From Bacteroidales bacterium (GTDB lineage Bacteria; Bacteroidota; Bacteroidia; Bacteroidales; UBA7960): a stretch of 64,000 nucleotides of DNA. Each line of letters begins with the position of its first letter. Positions within the stretch are counted from its first letter, which is position 1. Shown here piece after piece: positions 48,207-56,950 of this stretch. The stretch spans positions 1,009-65,008 of the forward strand of contig DATIKH010000004.1 of the NCBI GenBank assembly GCA_035477775.1. Direction: 5' to 3'. The translations under genes and the position numbers were made by a program. The notes beneath the pieces were generated by a model. That model ran no database searches, was not told the origin of the DNA, and saw only the letters and a program-made list of their open reading frames with translations.

Positions 48207-50705
48207 ATGAACGAAGCAGAAACCAGAGCTGAACTCATAGACCCAATGCTAAAGGCTTGTGGTTGGGGCGTTGTGGAAGGCTCTAAAATCCTTCGTGAAT
48301 ACAACATAACGCTTGGTAAAATTCAAACAGGCGGTGGTTTCGACTGCCTCACCAACCGCAACCAGGTACGGAGGGGCAAAAGAGAAATTGCCGATTATGT
48401 ATTGGTGTATAAAGGCTTAAAACTAGCTATAATAGAAGCCAAAAGTGATGAATTGGAAGTGAGCGAAGGAGTGATGCAAGCCAAAAAGTATGCACAGAAA
48501 CTTCAATTAGAAACCACTTACAGCACCAACGGTAAAGAGATATACCAAATCTGCATGAAAACAGGCGAAGAAGGTTTGGTTACAGACTTTTTAAGCCCAG
48601 AAAAACTTTGGAATAAAACATACCCGGTGGCTTCGGCAGGCGTTCGTCTGAGCTCAGCCGAAGGCTCAGCCACCGAAGAAGAATGTGCTCGCCTTGAGCT
48701 TGTAGATAGGTGGAGAGAAAAATTTGCCAATGTTCCGTTTGAAGATAAAAGCGGGACTTGGCAACTCAGGTTTTATCAGGAGATTGCAGTTAAGAACTCA
48801 TTGGAAGCTTTATCCAACGGTAAAGAACGCATCTTACTCACCCTTGCCACAGGAACTGGAAAAACCGCAATTGCTTTTCAAATTTCCTGGAAATTGTTTC
48901 AAACCCGTTGGACGGTTCAACAAACTCACCGACCACCGGGGGCTGAGCCTGTGGTAGCCCGAAGACCAAGAATCTTATTTTTAGCCGACCGTAATATATT
49001 AGCAGACCAAGCCTACAATTCATTTTCTGCTTTTCCTGATGATGTTCTGATTCGTATAAAACCAAATGAAATTCGAAATCGTGGCAGAGTCCCAACCAAC
49101 GGAAGTATATTTTTTACCATTTTCCAAACTTTTATGAGTGGAACGGATGAGTTTGGTAAACCTGCACCGTATTTTGGAGAATATCCTGCCGACTATTTTG
49201 ATTTTATCATCATTGACGAGTGCCACCGTGGCGGAGCCAATGACGAAAGCAACTGGCGGGGCATTTTGGAATATTTCAGTCCGGCAGTGCAATTGGGTTT
49301 AACCGCCACACCCAAACGAAAAGACAATGTGGACACTTACCGTTACTTTGGCGAACCAGTTTACATTTATTCGCTGAAAGAAGGCATCAATGATGGTTTT
49401 TTAACGCCATTTAAGGTAAAACGCATTAAAACCACGTTGGACGATTACCGCTATACTTCCGATGATACGATTGTAGAAGGTGAAATTGAAGAAGGCAAGT
49501 TGTATGAAGAAAAAGACTTTAACCGAACTATTGAAATAGTTGAGCGTGAAACAAAACGGGTAAACATATTTTTGGATGAAGCCAACCAAAACGAAAAGGC
49601 AATTATCTTTTGTGCCAATCAAGCACACGCTGCATTGATACGGGATTTGGTCAATCAGGAAAGATTTGAAAGAATTGGAAAATGGGCAAATGGGCAGCGC
49701 CACCCTGAGCTTGTCGAAGGGTATTGTGTTCGTGTAACTGCTAACGATGGCGAAGAGGGCGAAAGATTGTTACGAGAATTTCAGGACAACGAAAAAACAA
49801 TTCCAACCATACTGACTACTTCGCAAAAGCTCTCCACAGGAGTTGATGCAAGGAACATTCGGAATATCGTTTTGCTACGTCCAGTAAATTCAATGATTGA
49901 GTTTAAACAAATCGTTGGTCGTGGCACACGGTTGTTTGACGGTAAGGAGTTTTTTACCATTTACGACTTTGTAGATGCTTACAAGCACTTTTCAGACCCA
50001 GAATGGGACGGTGAGCCAATCGGAGAAGAACCAAAGGAACCTACCTCATATCCAACATCTGAATCGAATGAACCACAAGTGACTTCAGACTCAGGGGAGT
50101 CAACTCTAAAGAAGCAGAAAATAAAAATCAAACTGCGAAACGGAAAAGAGAGAGAAATCAAACACATGGTTTCAACTTCGTTTTGGAGTGCAGATGGCAA
50201 GCCCATTTCAGCAGAAGAATTTTTGAGCAATCTGTTTGGAGAGTTGCCTAAACTTTTCAAAGACGAAGAAGAATTACGGAAACTTTGGAGTAATCCGATG
50301 ACCCGTAGGACTTTATTAGAAAAACTGGACGATGCAGGTTTCCCAAAACCTGATTTACTGACTTTACAAAAGTTGGTTGATATGGAAAAAAGCGACTTGT
50401 ACGATGTTTTGGAATATGTTTTTAATGGCGACTACATAGCAATGACACGAGAAGCAAGAGCAAAGGCAGCCGAAGCGACAATATTTGCCTTACTCAACGA
50501 CAAACAGAAAGAATTTATATCATTCGTCTTGAGCAAGTACATTGAAACAGGCGTTGAAGAACTCGACCAGGAGAAACTTCCAATATTGCTGACAAACAAA
50601 TATCATTCGTTGGAAGATGCTAAAGAAATTTTAGGAGACGTGGCAAACATAAGCCGACTGTTTATAGAATTTCAGGAACATTTGTACAAACAAAAAGTTG
50701 CGTAA
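48207..50705 (+). CDS. hsdR: Type I restriction endonuclease, R subunit
   Basis: 832 aa with the N-terminal nuclease domain (NEAETRAELIDPML...ADYVL...IIEAK), SF2 helicase motifs (TGTGKT, IIDECHRG, TATP, QIVGRGTR) and a C-terminal EcoEI-R-like helical domain. Confidence 0.93.
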   Translation: MNEAETRAELIDPMLKACGWGVVEGSKILREYNITLGKIQTGGGFDCLTNRNQVRRGKREIADYVLVYKGLKLAIIEAKSDELEVSEGVMQAKKYAQKLQLETTYSTNGKEIYQICMKTGEEGLVTDFLSPEKLWNKTYPVASAGVRLSSAEGSATEEECARLELVDRWREKFANVPFEDKSGTWQLRFYQEIAVKNSLEALSNGKERILLTLATGTGKTAIAFQISWKLFQTRWTVQQTHRPPGAEPVVARRPRILFLADRNILADQAYNSFSAFPDDVLIRIKPNEIRNRGRVPTNGSIFFTIFQTFMSGTDEFGKPAPYFGEYPADYFDFIIIDECHRGGANDESNWRGILEYFSPAVQLGLTATPKRKDNVDTYRYFGEPVYIYSLKEGINDGFLTPFKVKRIKTTLDDYRYTSDDTIVEGEIEEGKLYEEKDFNRTIEIVERETKRVNIFLDEANQNEKAIIFCANQAHAALIRDLVNQERFERIGKWANGQRHPELVEGYCVRVTANDGEEGERLLREFQDNEKTIPTILTTSQKLSTGVDARNIRNIVLLRPVNSMIEFKQIVGRGTRLFDGKEFFTIYDFVDAYKHFSDPEWDGEPIGEEPKEPTSYPTSESNEPQVTSDSGESTLKKQKIKIKLRNGKEREIKHMVSTSFWSADGKPISAEEFLSNLFGELPKLFKDEEELRKLWSNPMTRRTLLEKLDDAGFPKPDLLTLQKLVDMEKSDLYDVLEYVFNGDYIAMTREARAKAAEATIFALLNDKQKEFISFVLSKYIETGVEELDQEKLPILLTNKYHSLEDAKEILGDVANISRLFIEFQEHLYKQKVA

Positions 50706-50911
50706 TGTCAGGGCAACAAAAACATGTAGCCAATGCACAGACAAAAACTTTGGTAAAAGTATGCCTGCCCCATGCCCGGCTGTCAGAAACCGAACTTGCA
50801 GATTATTGATAAAAATGACTGAAAATAAAGAACACCACTGCCCCAAGCCGCAAAACATTCTACACTTCATGCCACAAATCATTAACAGCATACTGTATAC
50901 CAGGAAAGACC

Positions 50912-51487
50912 ATGAAGCAAGTTTTTGTTTTTTTCTTTTGTTTGCTGTCTTTTATAAGTAAAGGACAAGAGTTAGAACCTCTAAAAGAAATTGAATTAGC
51001 TGATTTTACCAATGGAAATTTAAATCTCGAACAAGGTTGGAGTGTATCAATTGGGCCCGACCCAGAATGGATGTTTTACCTGGTTGAATTCCAAAGGTTC
51101 AATCAGGTGAAATTGGTTGATTCGGTTGAGCTTTATGTGTATGAATTCTCTTTCAGATTACTGCAACACCCTTCCAAGGATGTCTTAGTTGTGATGGTTG
51201 AAGTCGCATTCGAACATCTTTCTTATTATCCCGTTTACCTGATTCAGCAGGATGCGATAAGGAAAATTGGAAATTTTAACATCAGGATCGCTTGCGACGA
51301 ATATAATGGATGGCATTATCCTTTGGATGATATAAATGTAAAAGGGAATAATGCCCGGATTGAGTTCTCTTTTGGTCAAGCCGTCATTCTTTTGGATAGA
51401 AAATATTTCCCAAAATTTGACAAGAATGAAATTCGGTTTGTTTTTGATTTTACCGGAGAAAAATTGAGAATTGAAACAGACCCATAG
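50912..51487 (+). CDS. Hypothetical secreted protein
   Basis: 191 aa with a signal peptide (MKQVFVFFFCLLSFISKGQ). No recognisable motifs. Confidence 0.5.
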   Translation: MKQVFVFFFCLLSFISKGQELEPLKEIELADFTNGNLNLEQGWSVSIGPDPEWMFYLVEFQRFNQVKLVDSVELYVYEFSFRLLQHPSKDVLVVMVEVAFEHLSYYPVYLIQQDAIRKIGNFNIRIACDEYNGWHYPLDDINVKGNNARIEFSFGQAVILLDRKYFPKFDKNEIRFVFDFTGEKLRIETDP

Positions 51488-51662
51488 GTCGGCACGCAAT
51501 AAAAGAAAAGACGGGAGGAGCCAAAATGGATGGATAAACCACTACATCTCCCCACAAAACCTACGCGTCAGCGTACCGGCAACCATTTTTAAATACAACA
51601 CCTTGGTCGCACGGGTAAATGATGCAAAGACGTGTAATTTGGCAAATATTTTTTTAATAATA

Positions 51663-53048
51663 TTACTTCAGCAGTACCATCTTCTGCGTTTGTATTTGAT
51701 TTTCAGCTCTGAGTACGGCAAAGTAAATCCCCGGAGGGAGATTTATTCCGTAAAATGTATGGGTTTGAACACCCGTTCCTGAAATTTCTTTGGTTTCGAT
51801 AATTCTTCCGTATTGGTCGATAATTTGTAAGGTGGCTGCTGCAACGGTTGAAGGTACAATCATGGTAATTTTTGCAACCTGATAAAAAGGGTTCGGTGAA
51901 ATGTTCAGGATTCTTGCCGTTACCTCTTCACCCGAAATTTCTTCTGCAATTGCAGTACTTCCCGGGGGAGTAAAGATGTATTGCGGAAAGCGATTTTTCA
52001 TGTGGTTGGTTGCTACGCTGATCCCGGCGAAGTCGCCATGGCCGTCATTGGCCAAATCGCTCCAGGCCATCACGCCGGCATATCCCAGATTGAAGGCTGC
52101 CTCATACATTTGGGTTACGGTCATATTAAATCCCCCGAAATTTACAGTATCACCAGGGCTTTCGCCTATTATCACAGGTCGGTATCCAATGCCCCAGTGG
52201 TTTGGACCCCGAACAAAAGGGTTATACCATGGAATCATCCAATCGTAAAAGTGAATCTGATACCAGTCGAAATATGCCAAACTGTCGTTCCATTGAGCCT
52301 GCAGAGACGCATCGCTCCAAAGGTTCACCTCTGTCCCGTGCGGATTATCCCAGTTCCATTTTAAGGAGGCTGCACCGTTTACAACCGGTTTTGAGGTATT
52401 TCTGTTTATGGCCGCAGCAATTTGTGCATGCCAGCGAACAACCGCATTCCGATTAAATCCCAGGTTCTCGAACATCCATTCAGGCTCATTGCAAATTTCC
52501 CAGGCAAGAAGCATTGGGTCATTCTCATATCTTTGAACCAAAGGAATTAAAACCCTGTCGATATAGGTTTGTGTTTTTACAGGGTCATAAACAAAAGCCC
52601 TGAAATTTTCGGATGTTTGGTTGGGGTAATTGGTTAGAACCTTGTTGGTTCTGGCAATATCAAAAGAAAATAGGGAAGGCATAACCAAAATGTTATACCT
52701 GTTTGCCAGCCTCATCATATCATCAAAATTTTCCCAAAACACACCAACAACGCCTGTAACATTGCCCTGTGAATCCAAAAGCGGTCCACCCTCTCCGGCG
52801 CAGTGAATCCACACCCTTACTGAGTTGATACCATTGGCAGCATATCTTTGAAAAGCTGCCTCAAACTGCCCACTGTTGTAATTATTGCCACCCCATGGGG
52901 TTTCAAAATCTGTCCAGTTGACCCAAGGCAGGTTTATGCCGTTTAACCAAATTGGTACTCCGTTGACCATTACCCGGTTTACCTGAGCATTAACCAAAAT
53001 GGTTGAAGCAATTAAAACCACAAATGTTGCCACAAAAGGTTTATTCAA
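51663..53048 (-). CDS. Glycoside hydrolase family 5 enzyme with a T9SS C-terminal sorting domain
   Basis: 461 aa with a signal peptide, the GH5 acid/base motif WEICNEPEW and nucleophile context VIIGESPG. The C-terminal ~80 aa (ISPNPFYQVAKITM...GIYFAVLRAE...KMVLLK) match the Por/T9SS type A tail. Confidence 0.85.
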   Translation of the reverse strand: MNKPFVATFVVLIASTILVNAQVNRVMVNGVPIWLNGINLPWVNWTDFETPWGGNNYNSGQFEAAFQRYAANGINSVRVWIHCAGEGGPLLDSQGNVTGVVGVFWENFDDMMRLANRYNILVMPSLFSFDIARTNKVLTNYPNQTSENFRAFVYDPVKTQTYIDRVLIPLVQRYENDPMLLAWEICNEPEWMFENLGFNRNAVVRWHAQIAAAINRNTSKPVVNGAASLKWNWDNPHGTEVNLWSDASLQAQWNDSLAYFDWYQIHFYDWMIPWYNPFVRGPNHWGIGYRPVIIGESPGDTVNFGGFNMTVTQMYEAAFNLGYAGVMAWSDLANDGHGDFAGISVATNHMKNRFPQYIFTPPGSTAIAEEISGEEVTARILNISPNPFYQVAKITMIVPSTVAAATLQIIDQYGRIIETKEISGTGVQTHTFYGINLPPGIYFAVLRAENQIQTQKMVLLK

Positions 53049-53391
53049 AATGCACCTCCCTTAGTTAATAAATGAAGCCCATACCGAAAATGAACCAAAG
53101 AAGTTGTGAGGCATAGATTAAGCATAACATAATGGTGATTTTCTGAAACCATATAAAATTTTGGCTTTGTCCTTTAGCTGGTGGTTGACTATTCATTATC
53201 ATTGTGCAGTGAGCACGGATTACACATAACTGGTAAGATTTTAGGGAACCTGAGATACAGGTTTTTGACTCCTTATGAAAATCTTAGCAGTTTGAGAAAT
53301 AAATAACCAGATGTTTTTTTTACTGAGCTAGTTTTTAAAAGAAACAGCCATGGGTTCAAAATCATCCAACCTTGCGAAATCCTAAACCAGT

Positions 53392-54255
53392 TCACCGTGA
53401 AAATCCGGCCGAAGCGAACGGTATGGCAATATACAGGGCCGAATGCCAGTATTCCCAGGTATGCCCGCCGTCGCGTACCCTTAGTTGACTGGGGATTCGG
53501 GCCTTTTGCATGGCCTGGAAAAAGGCGATATTTACATCGAACAGGAAATCATCATCGCCGCAATCAATAAACCACCGTATTTTTCTGAGTTTTTCTTTGG
53601 TTGCATCGCTGGCATTCTCGATAAATCTCACGGCATGGTTCTCAACAACGGATTGGTTGAGCAATTCAAATTTTCGGTCGCGGGGAGGTATTCCCTGTCC
53701 TGGTTCAAGCCCCATAAGAGCGCTCATGGCATATACCGATGAAAACATTTCGGGATGTTTCTGAGCATAAACCGTTGCTCCGCCACCTCCCATGGACAAA
53801 CCGGCTATGGCCCGGTTTTGCCTGTTCCCGATGATGCGGTATTTTTTTTCAACATAAGGTATAAACTCCGTGAAAAAAAACGTCTCATACTGCCAGCCTT
53901 CCTTGTTAAAATACCCATTCCACAGGGAGCCGGCATCGGGTACAATAATGATCATTTCCAGGGCATCGCCGGCGTCGATGATTTGATTTGCAACATCCTG
54001 CAAATGACCACGCTGCACCCAGCCGCGGTGGTTGTCAAATACCCCATGCAAGAGATAGAGTACAGGGAATTTTCTACCGGGGTCGCTTTCAAAGCTTTTG
54101 GGCAGATAAATGGAAAAATTGCGATATACGTTTAAAACCTCGCTTTTTATACTGTCAACAATCACTTTCCCCTGTGGGGGCATGGCCGGGAACTGAGCGT
54201 TGGCCACTGTGGCCATGATGGCCAGCAACAGCAATGATAAAATCATTCTATTCAT
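53392..54255 (-). CDS. Secreted esterase (putative esterase/CE1-like alpha/beta hydrolase)
   Basis: 287 aa with a signal peptide, the nucleophile elbow GLSMGGGGA and the LYLLHG motif. Confidence 0.8.
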   Translation of the reverse strand: MNRMILSLLLLAIMATVANAQFPAMPPQGKVIVDSIKSEVLNVYRNFSIYLPKSFESDPGRKFPVLYLLHGVFDNHRGWVQRGHLQDVANQIIDAGDALEMIIIVPDAGSLWNGYFNKEGWQYETFFFTEFIPYVEKKYRIIGNRQNRAIAGLSMGGGGATVYAQKHPEMFSSVYAMSALMGLEPGQGIPPRDRKFELLNQSVVENHAVRFIENASDATKEKLRKIRWFIDCGDDDFLFDVNIAFFQAMQKARIPSQLRVRDGGHTWEYWHSALYIAIPFASAGFSR

Positions 54256-54535
54256 GGTTTTTATCTTTTTAGAGTTTAAGAGCTAATTCAATTGGTAGCA
54301 TTCCTTTTTTGGAGCCTTTCAAAATTAGGGTTTTTCAAACACATTTGCCTCCCTGCTTCTTTTTTCGTTGGATACAACTTACTGAATTGCCCGTTGTCGA
54401 TTGGGTAATTTTATATACATTAGTCTGATGATTTAAATCGCCGGTGAATAAACCCCACCGATTTCACACCCTTACCCCAGGCAATCAATGAAATTCAATA
54501 CCCCGACATAATTGAATTAACCTAACTGAACTACA

Positions 54536-55609
54536 ATGGAATTCTTCAAACCCTCAAGATTAGTCTCTGTTCTGAATCGAAAAAAGCACGACCCGGATCA
54601 GTTCATTTTTACAGGCAGCCAGAAAAGTGAAAAAATTGACATCCAGCTTTTTAAATACAACAGGCGGGAATGTATTGAAAATAAGGAAGTGCCGGTTGAA
54701 AACATTGAAAAATTTGATGAGTTGGGATCTCAATACTGGTTAAACATCAATGGATTGAACGAGCCAGAAATCATTGCAGCTATTTGTGAAAAGCAGGGCA
54801 TTCACGGTTTGGTAATTCAGGATATTCTGGACGTAAAACAACGACCTAAATTTCAGGAATTTGATGACTTCTCCTTTTTGACTCTCAAGTCTATAATTCC
54901 TTCTGAAAATGAAATGATAACTGACCAGATCAGTTTTGTATTTGGTTCACATTACTTAATATCCTTTCAGGAAAGAATTGCAGACTTTTTCGACCATTTG
55001 TGTTTTAGGCTAAGGGAAAATAAAGGGATACTCAGGGAGCAGGGGGCTGATTATTTGCTTTTCGAAATGCTCGAATCGATTCTCGACAACTATTTTAAGA
55101 CTTTAAACAAGCTCGACGAAGAGTTTGAAACGTTAAACTTCACGGATACAAGAAAGGAGCATTCGCCCAATGCTCTGGCAATCATTGAAAACCAGAAGAA
55201 ATTTATTCATTTCATTGTCAGATCCATTCTGCCCATAAAAGAATTCTCCCAAATGGTAGAACGGGGCGAATGTAAACACATAGAGCAGAGGCATGTGAAG
55301 TATTATCTGGAAATCAAAGACCTGTGCTTAACGCTGATCGACAATTGCGAAATGATGCTTTCAACGCTTGAGAGTGCAACAAACCTGTTTTTTTCGGTGC
55401 AGAATTATCGTTTGAGTCAGGTAATGAAAACATTAACCATAGTTGCCACCATATTTATTCCCCTTACATTTATAGTTGGGATTTATGGCATGAATTTCAG
55501 GAATATGCCTGAGCTTGAATGGAAGTATGGATATTTTGCTTTGTGGGGTGTTATTTTGTTGGTTTTTTTTGGAATGATATTTTTTTTCAGAAGAAAAAAA
55601 TGGTTCTGA
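54536..55609 (+). CDS. corA: CorA-family magnesium/cobalt transporter
   Basis: 357 aa with a cytoplasmic funnel domain, then two C-terminal TM helices carrying the YGMNF signature. Confidence 0.9.
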   Translation: MEFFKPSRLVSVLNRKKHDPDQFIFTGSQKSEKIDIQLFKYNRRECIENKEVPVENIEKFDELGSQYWLNINGLNEPEIIAAICEKQGIHGLVIQDILDVKQRPKFQEFDDFSFLTLKSIIPSENEMITDQISFVFGSHYLISFQERIADFFDHLCFRLRENKGILREQGADYLLFEMLESILDNYFKTLNKLDEEFETLNFTDTRKEHSPNALAIIENQKKFIHFIVRSILPIKEFSQMVERGECKHIEQRHVKYYLEIKDLCLTLIDNCEMMLSTLESATNLFFSVQNYRLSQVMKTLTIVATIFIPLTFIVGIYGMNFRNMPELEWKYGYFALWGVILLVFFGMIFFFRRKKWF

Positions 55610-55882
55610 ACTATGCAAGAGTTTGGATTTAGAGGTGATCAATTAAACAGCCCAAGAACTTAAGTTTATAAATGAATCAACCATCAAACTGATTATTTAA
55701 GCAATAGGAGATTGTTACAAAACCATCGACGTGGGTATTTGTTGTAAGTGTTAAAATACAGCAATAATGCCTGTAATCCAATTTCTGGAAGGAATGCCTT
55801 TTGGAGGCGTCCATGTGGTTGCTTTGGCCACAAAACTTTAAATTTTTTAACAACAAATATTTCTTAAGTTTTACTTTGAAAA

Positions 55883-56503
55883 TTGAAAACATTTACTTTT
55901 GTGCCTGTGAAACTGAAAGCATACTCATTAACATTATTGCTGGCTTATCTGGCAATACTATGTCATAATGTAGTGCCGCATTATCACCATGTGATGAGTG
56001 GCGGGGTGTACTCTGTTCAACATATACACCACCACGGACAAACCCACCATCATGCTTCAGAAGTCCACAATAACCATCAGCACAACTACCACGATCAAGG
56101 CTATCATCATCACAGCCACGACCACCCGCATGAACACCCTCACCCAACATGCAGCCCAAATAATGTAACCGCAGACAATAGTCAGGTTACAAGTCTTTAT
56201 ACCCACAGCCTGTATGATGGTCATGTTACCTTTTCCCAGCCGGAAAATAACCATCCCCATGGTTTTCCCTGGCACCATCACATTTCACCTGCCAATGATT
56301 TTAATTATCTCAGGCTTGTAATCAAGTTCATTTCATCATCTCCTGACTTTTCCCTTTTGGCCTATTTCAATGAAGGAGATTCTTGTAAAGCCATTGTACC
56401 TCTTTTGACGCAGCGCAGGTGGTGTTATGAATACCCCTTTTTGATATTTTCCCGTTACGAACCCGGAGCCACTGGCTTGCGGGGCCCGCCTTCTATTGCC
56501 TGA
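55883..56503 (+). CDS. Histidine-rich membrane-anchored hypothetical protein
   Basis: 206 aa with an N-terminal TM (LTLLLAYLAILC) followed by an extreme His-rich stretch (HYHHV..HIHHHGQTHHHASEVHNNHQHNYHDQGYHHHSHDHPHEHPHP). The TTG start is uncertain; a TActTTTG box at 55894-55901 lies inside the annotated 5' end. Confidence 0.5.
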   Translation: MKTFTFVPVKLKAYSLTLLLAYLAILCHNVVPHYHHVMSGGVYSVQHIHHHGQTHHHASEVHNNHQHNYHDQGYHHHSHDHPHEHPHPTCSPNNVTADNSQVTSLYTHSLYDGHVTFSQPENNHPHGFPWHHHISPANDFNYLRLVIKFISSSPDFSLLAYFNEGDSCKAIVPLLTQRRWCYEYPFLIFSRYEPGATGLRGPPSIA

Positions 56504-56581
56504 ATCTAAGGTAATTGCTTCAATTTACATATTTAATTTTAAATCAAACCTGCTATATGCGGGTTTAAAACCATTACTATT

Positions 56582-56902
56582 ATGAAACGATTGTTGTATT
56601 TTTTGGCACTTTCAGTTTACATGACCTTTATGGCCGTTTCATGCGGCCCGGGAGCGCAGCAGCCAGAAGAGCAGCCCCCGGCTGAGCAGCAGGAACAAGC
56701 TGCTGAAACCCACGATCATGAGCACGGCCACGAGCACCCGCATGATCACACACACGATCATGCCCACGGACACGATCATAACCATTGTCATGATCATCCA
56801 CATCACCACCCTCATACTGCTCAGGAAGAATTTGTGGTTGGGGACACAGTGGTCGAAGGGCAAACGCATCAGCACGAACACAGGCATGACCACAACCATT
56901 AG
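56582..56902 (+). CDS. Histidine-rich lipoprotein (putative periplasmic metal-binding protein)
   Basis: 106 aa with a lipobox (FMAVSCG). About 25 His residues occur in HxH/HD repeats (THDHEHGHEHPHDHTHDHAHGHDHNHCHDHPHHHPH ... HQHEHRHDHNH). Confidence 0.7.
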   Translation: MKRLLYFLALSVYMTFMAVSCGPGAQQPEEQPPAEQQEQAAETHDHEHGHEHPHDHTHDHAHGHDHNHCHDHPHHHPHTAQEEFVVGDTVVEGQTHQHEHRHDHNH

Positions 56903-56950
56903 AAATACTTTATGGAGCTTAACCCTCCGGAATCTTAAAAAGTTACATCA

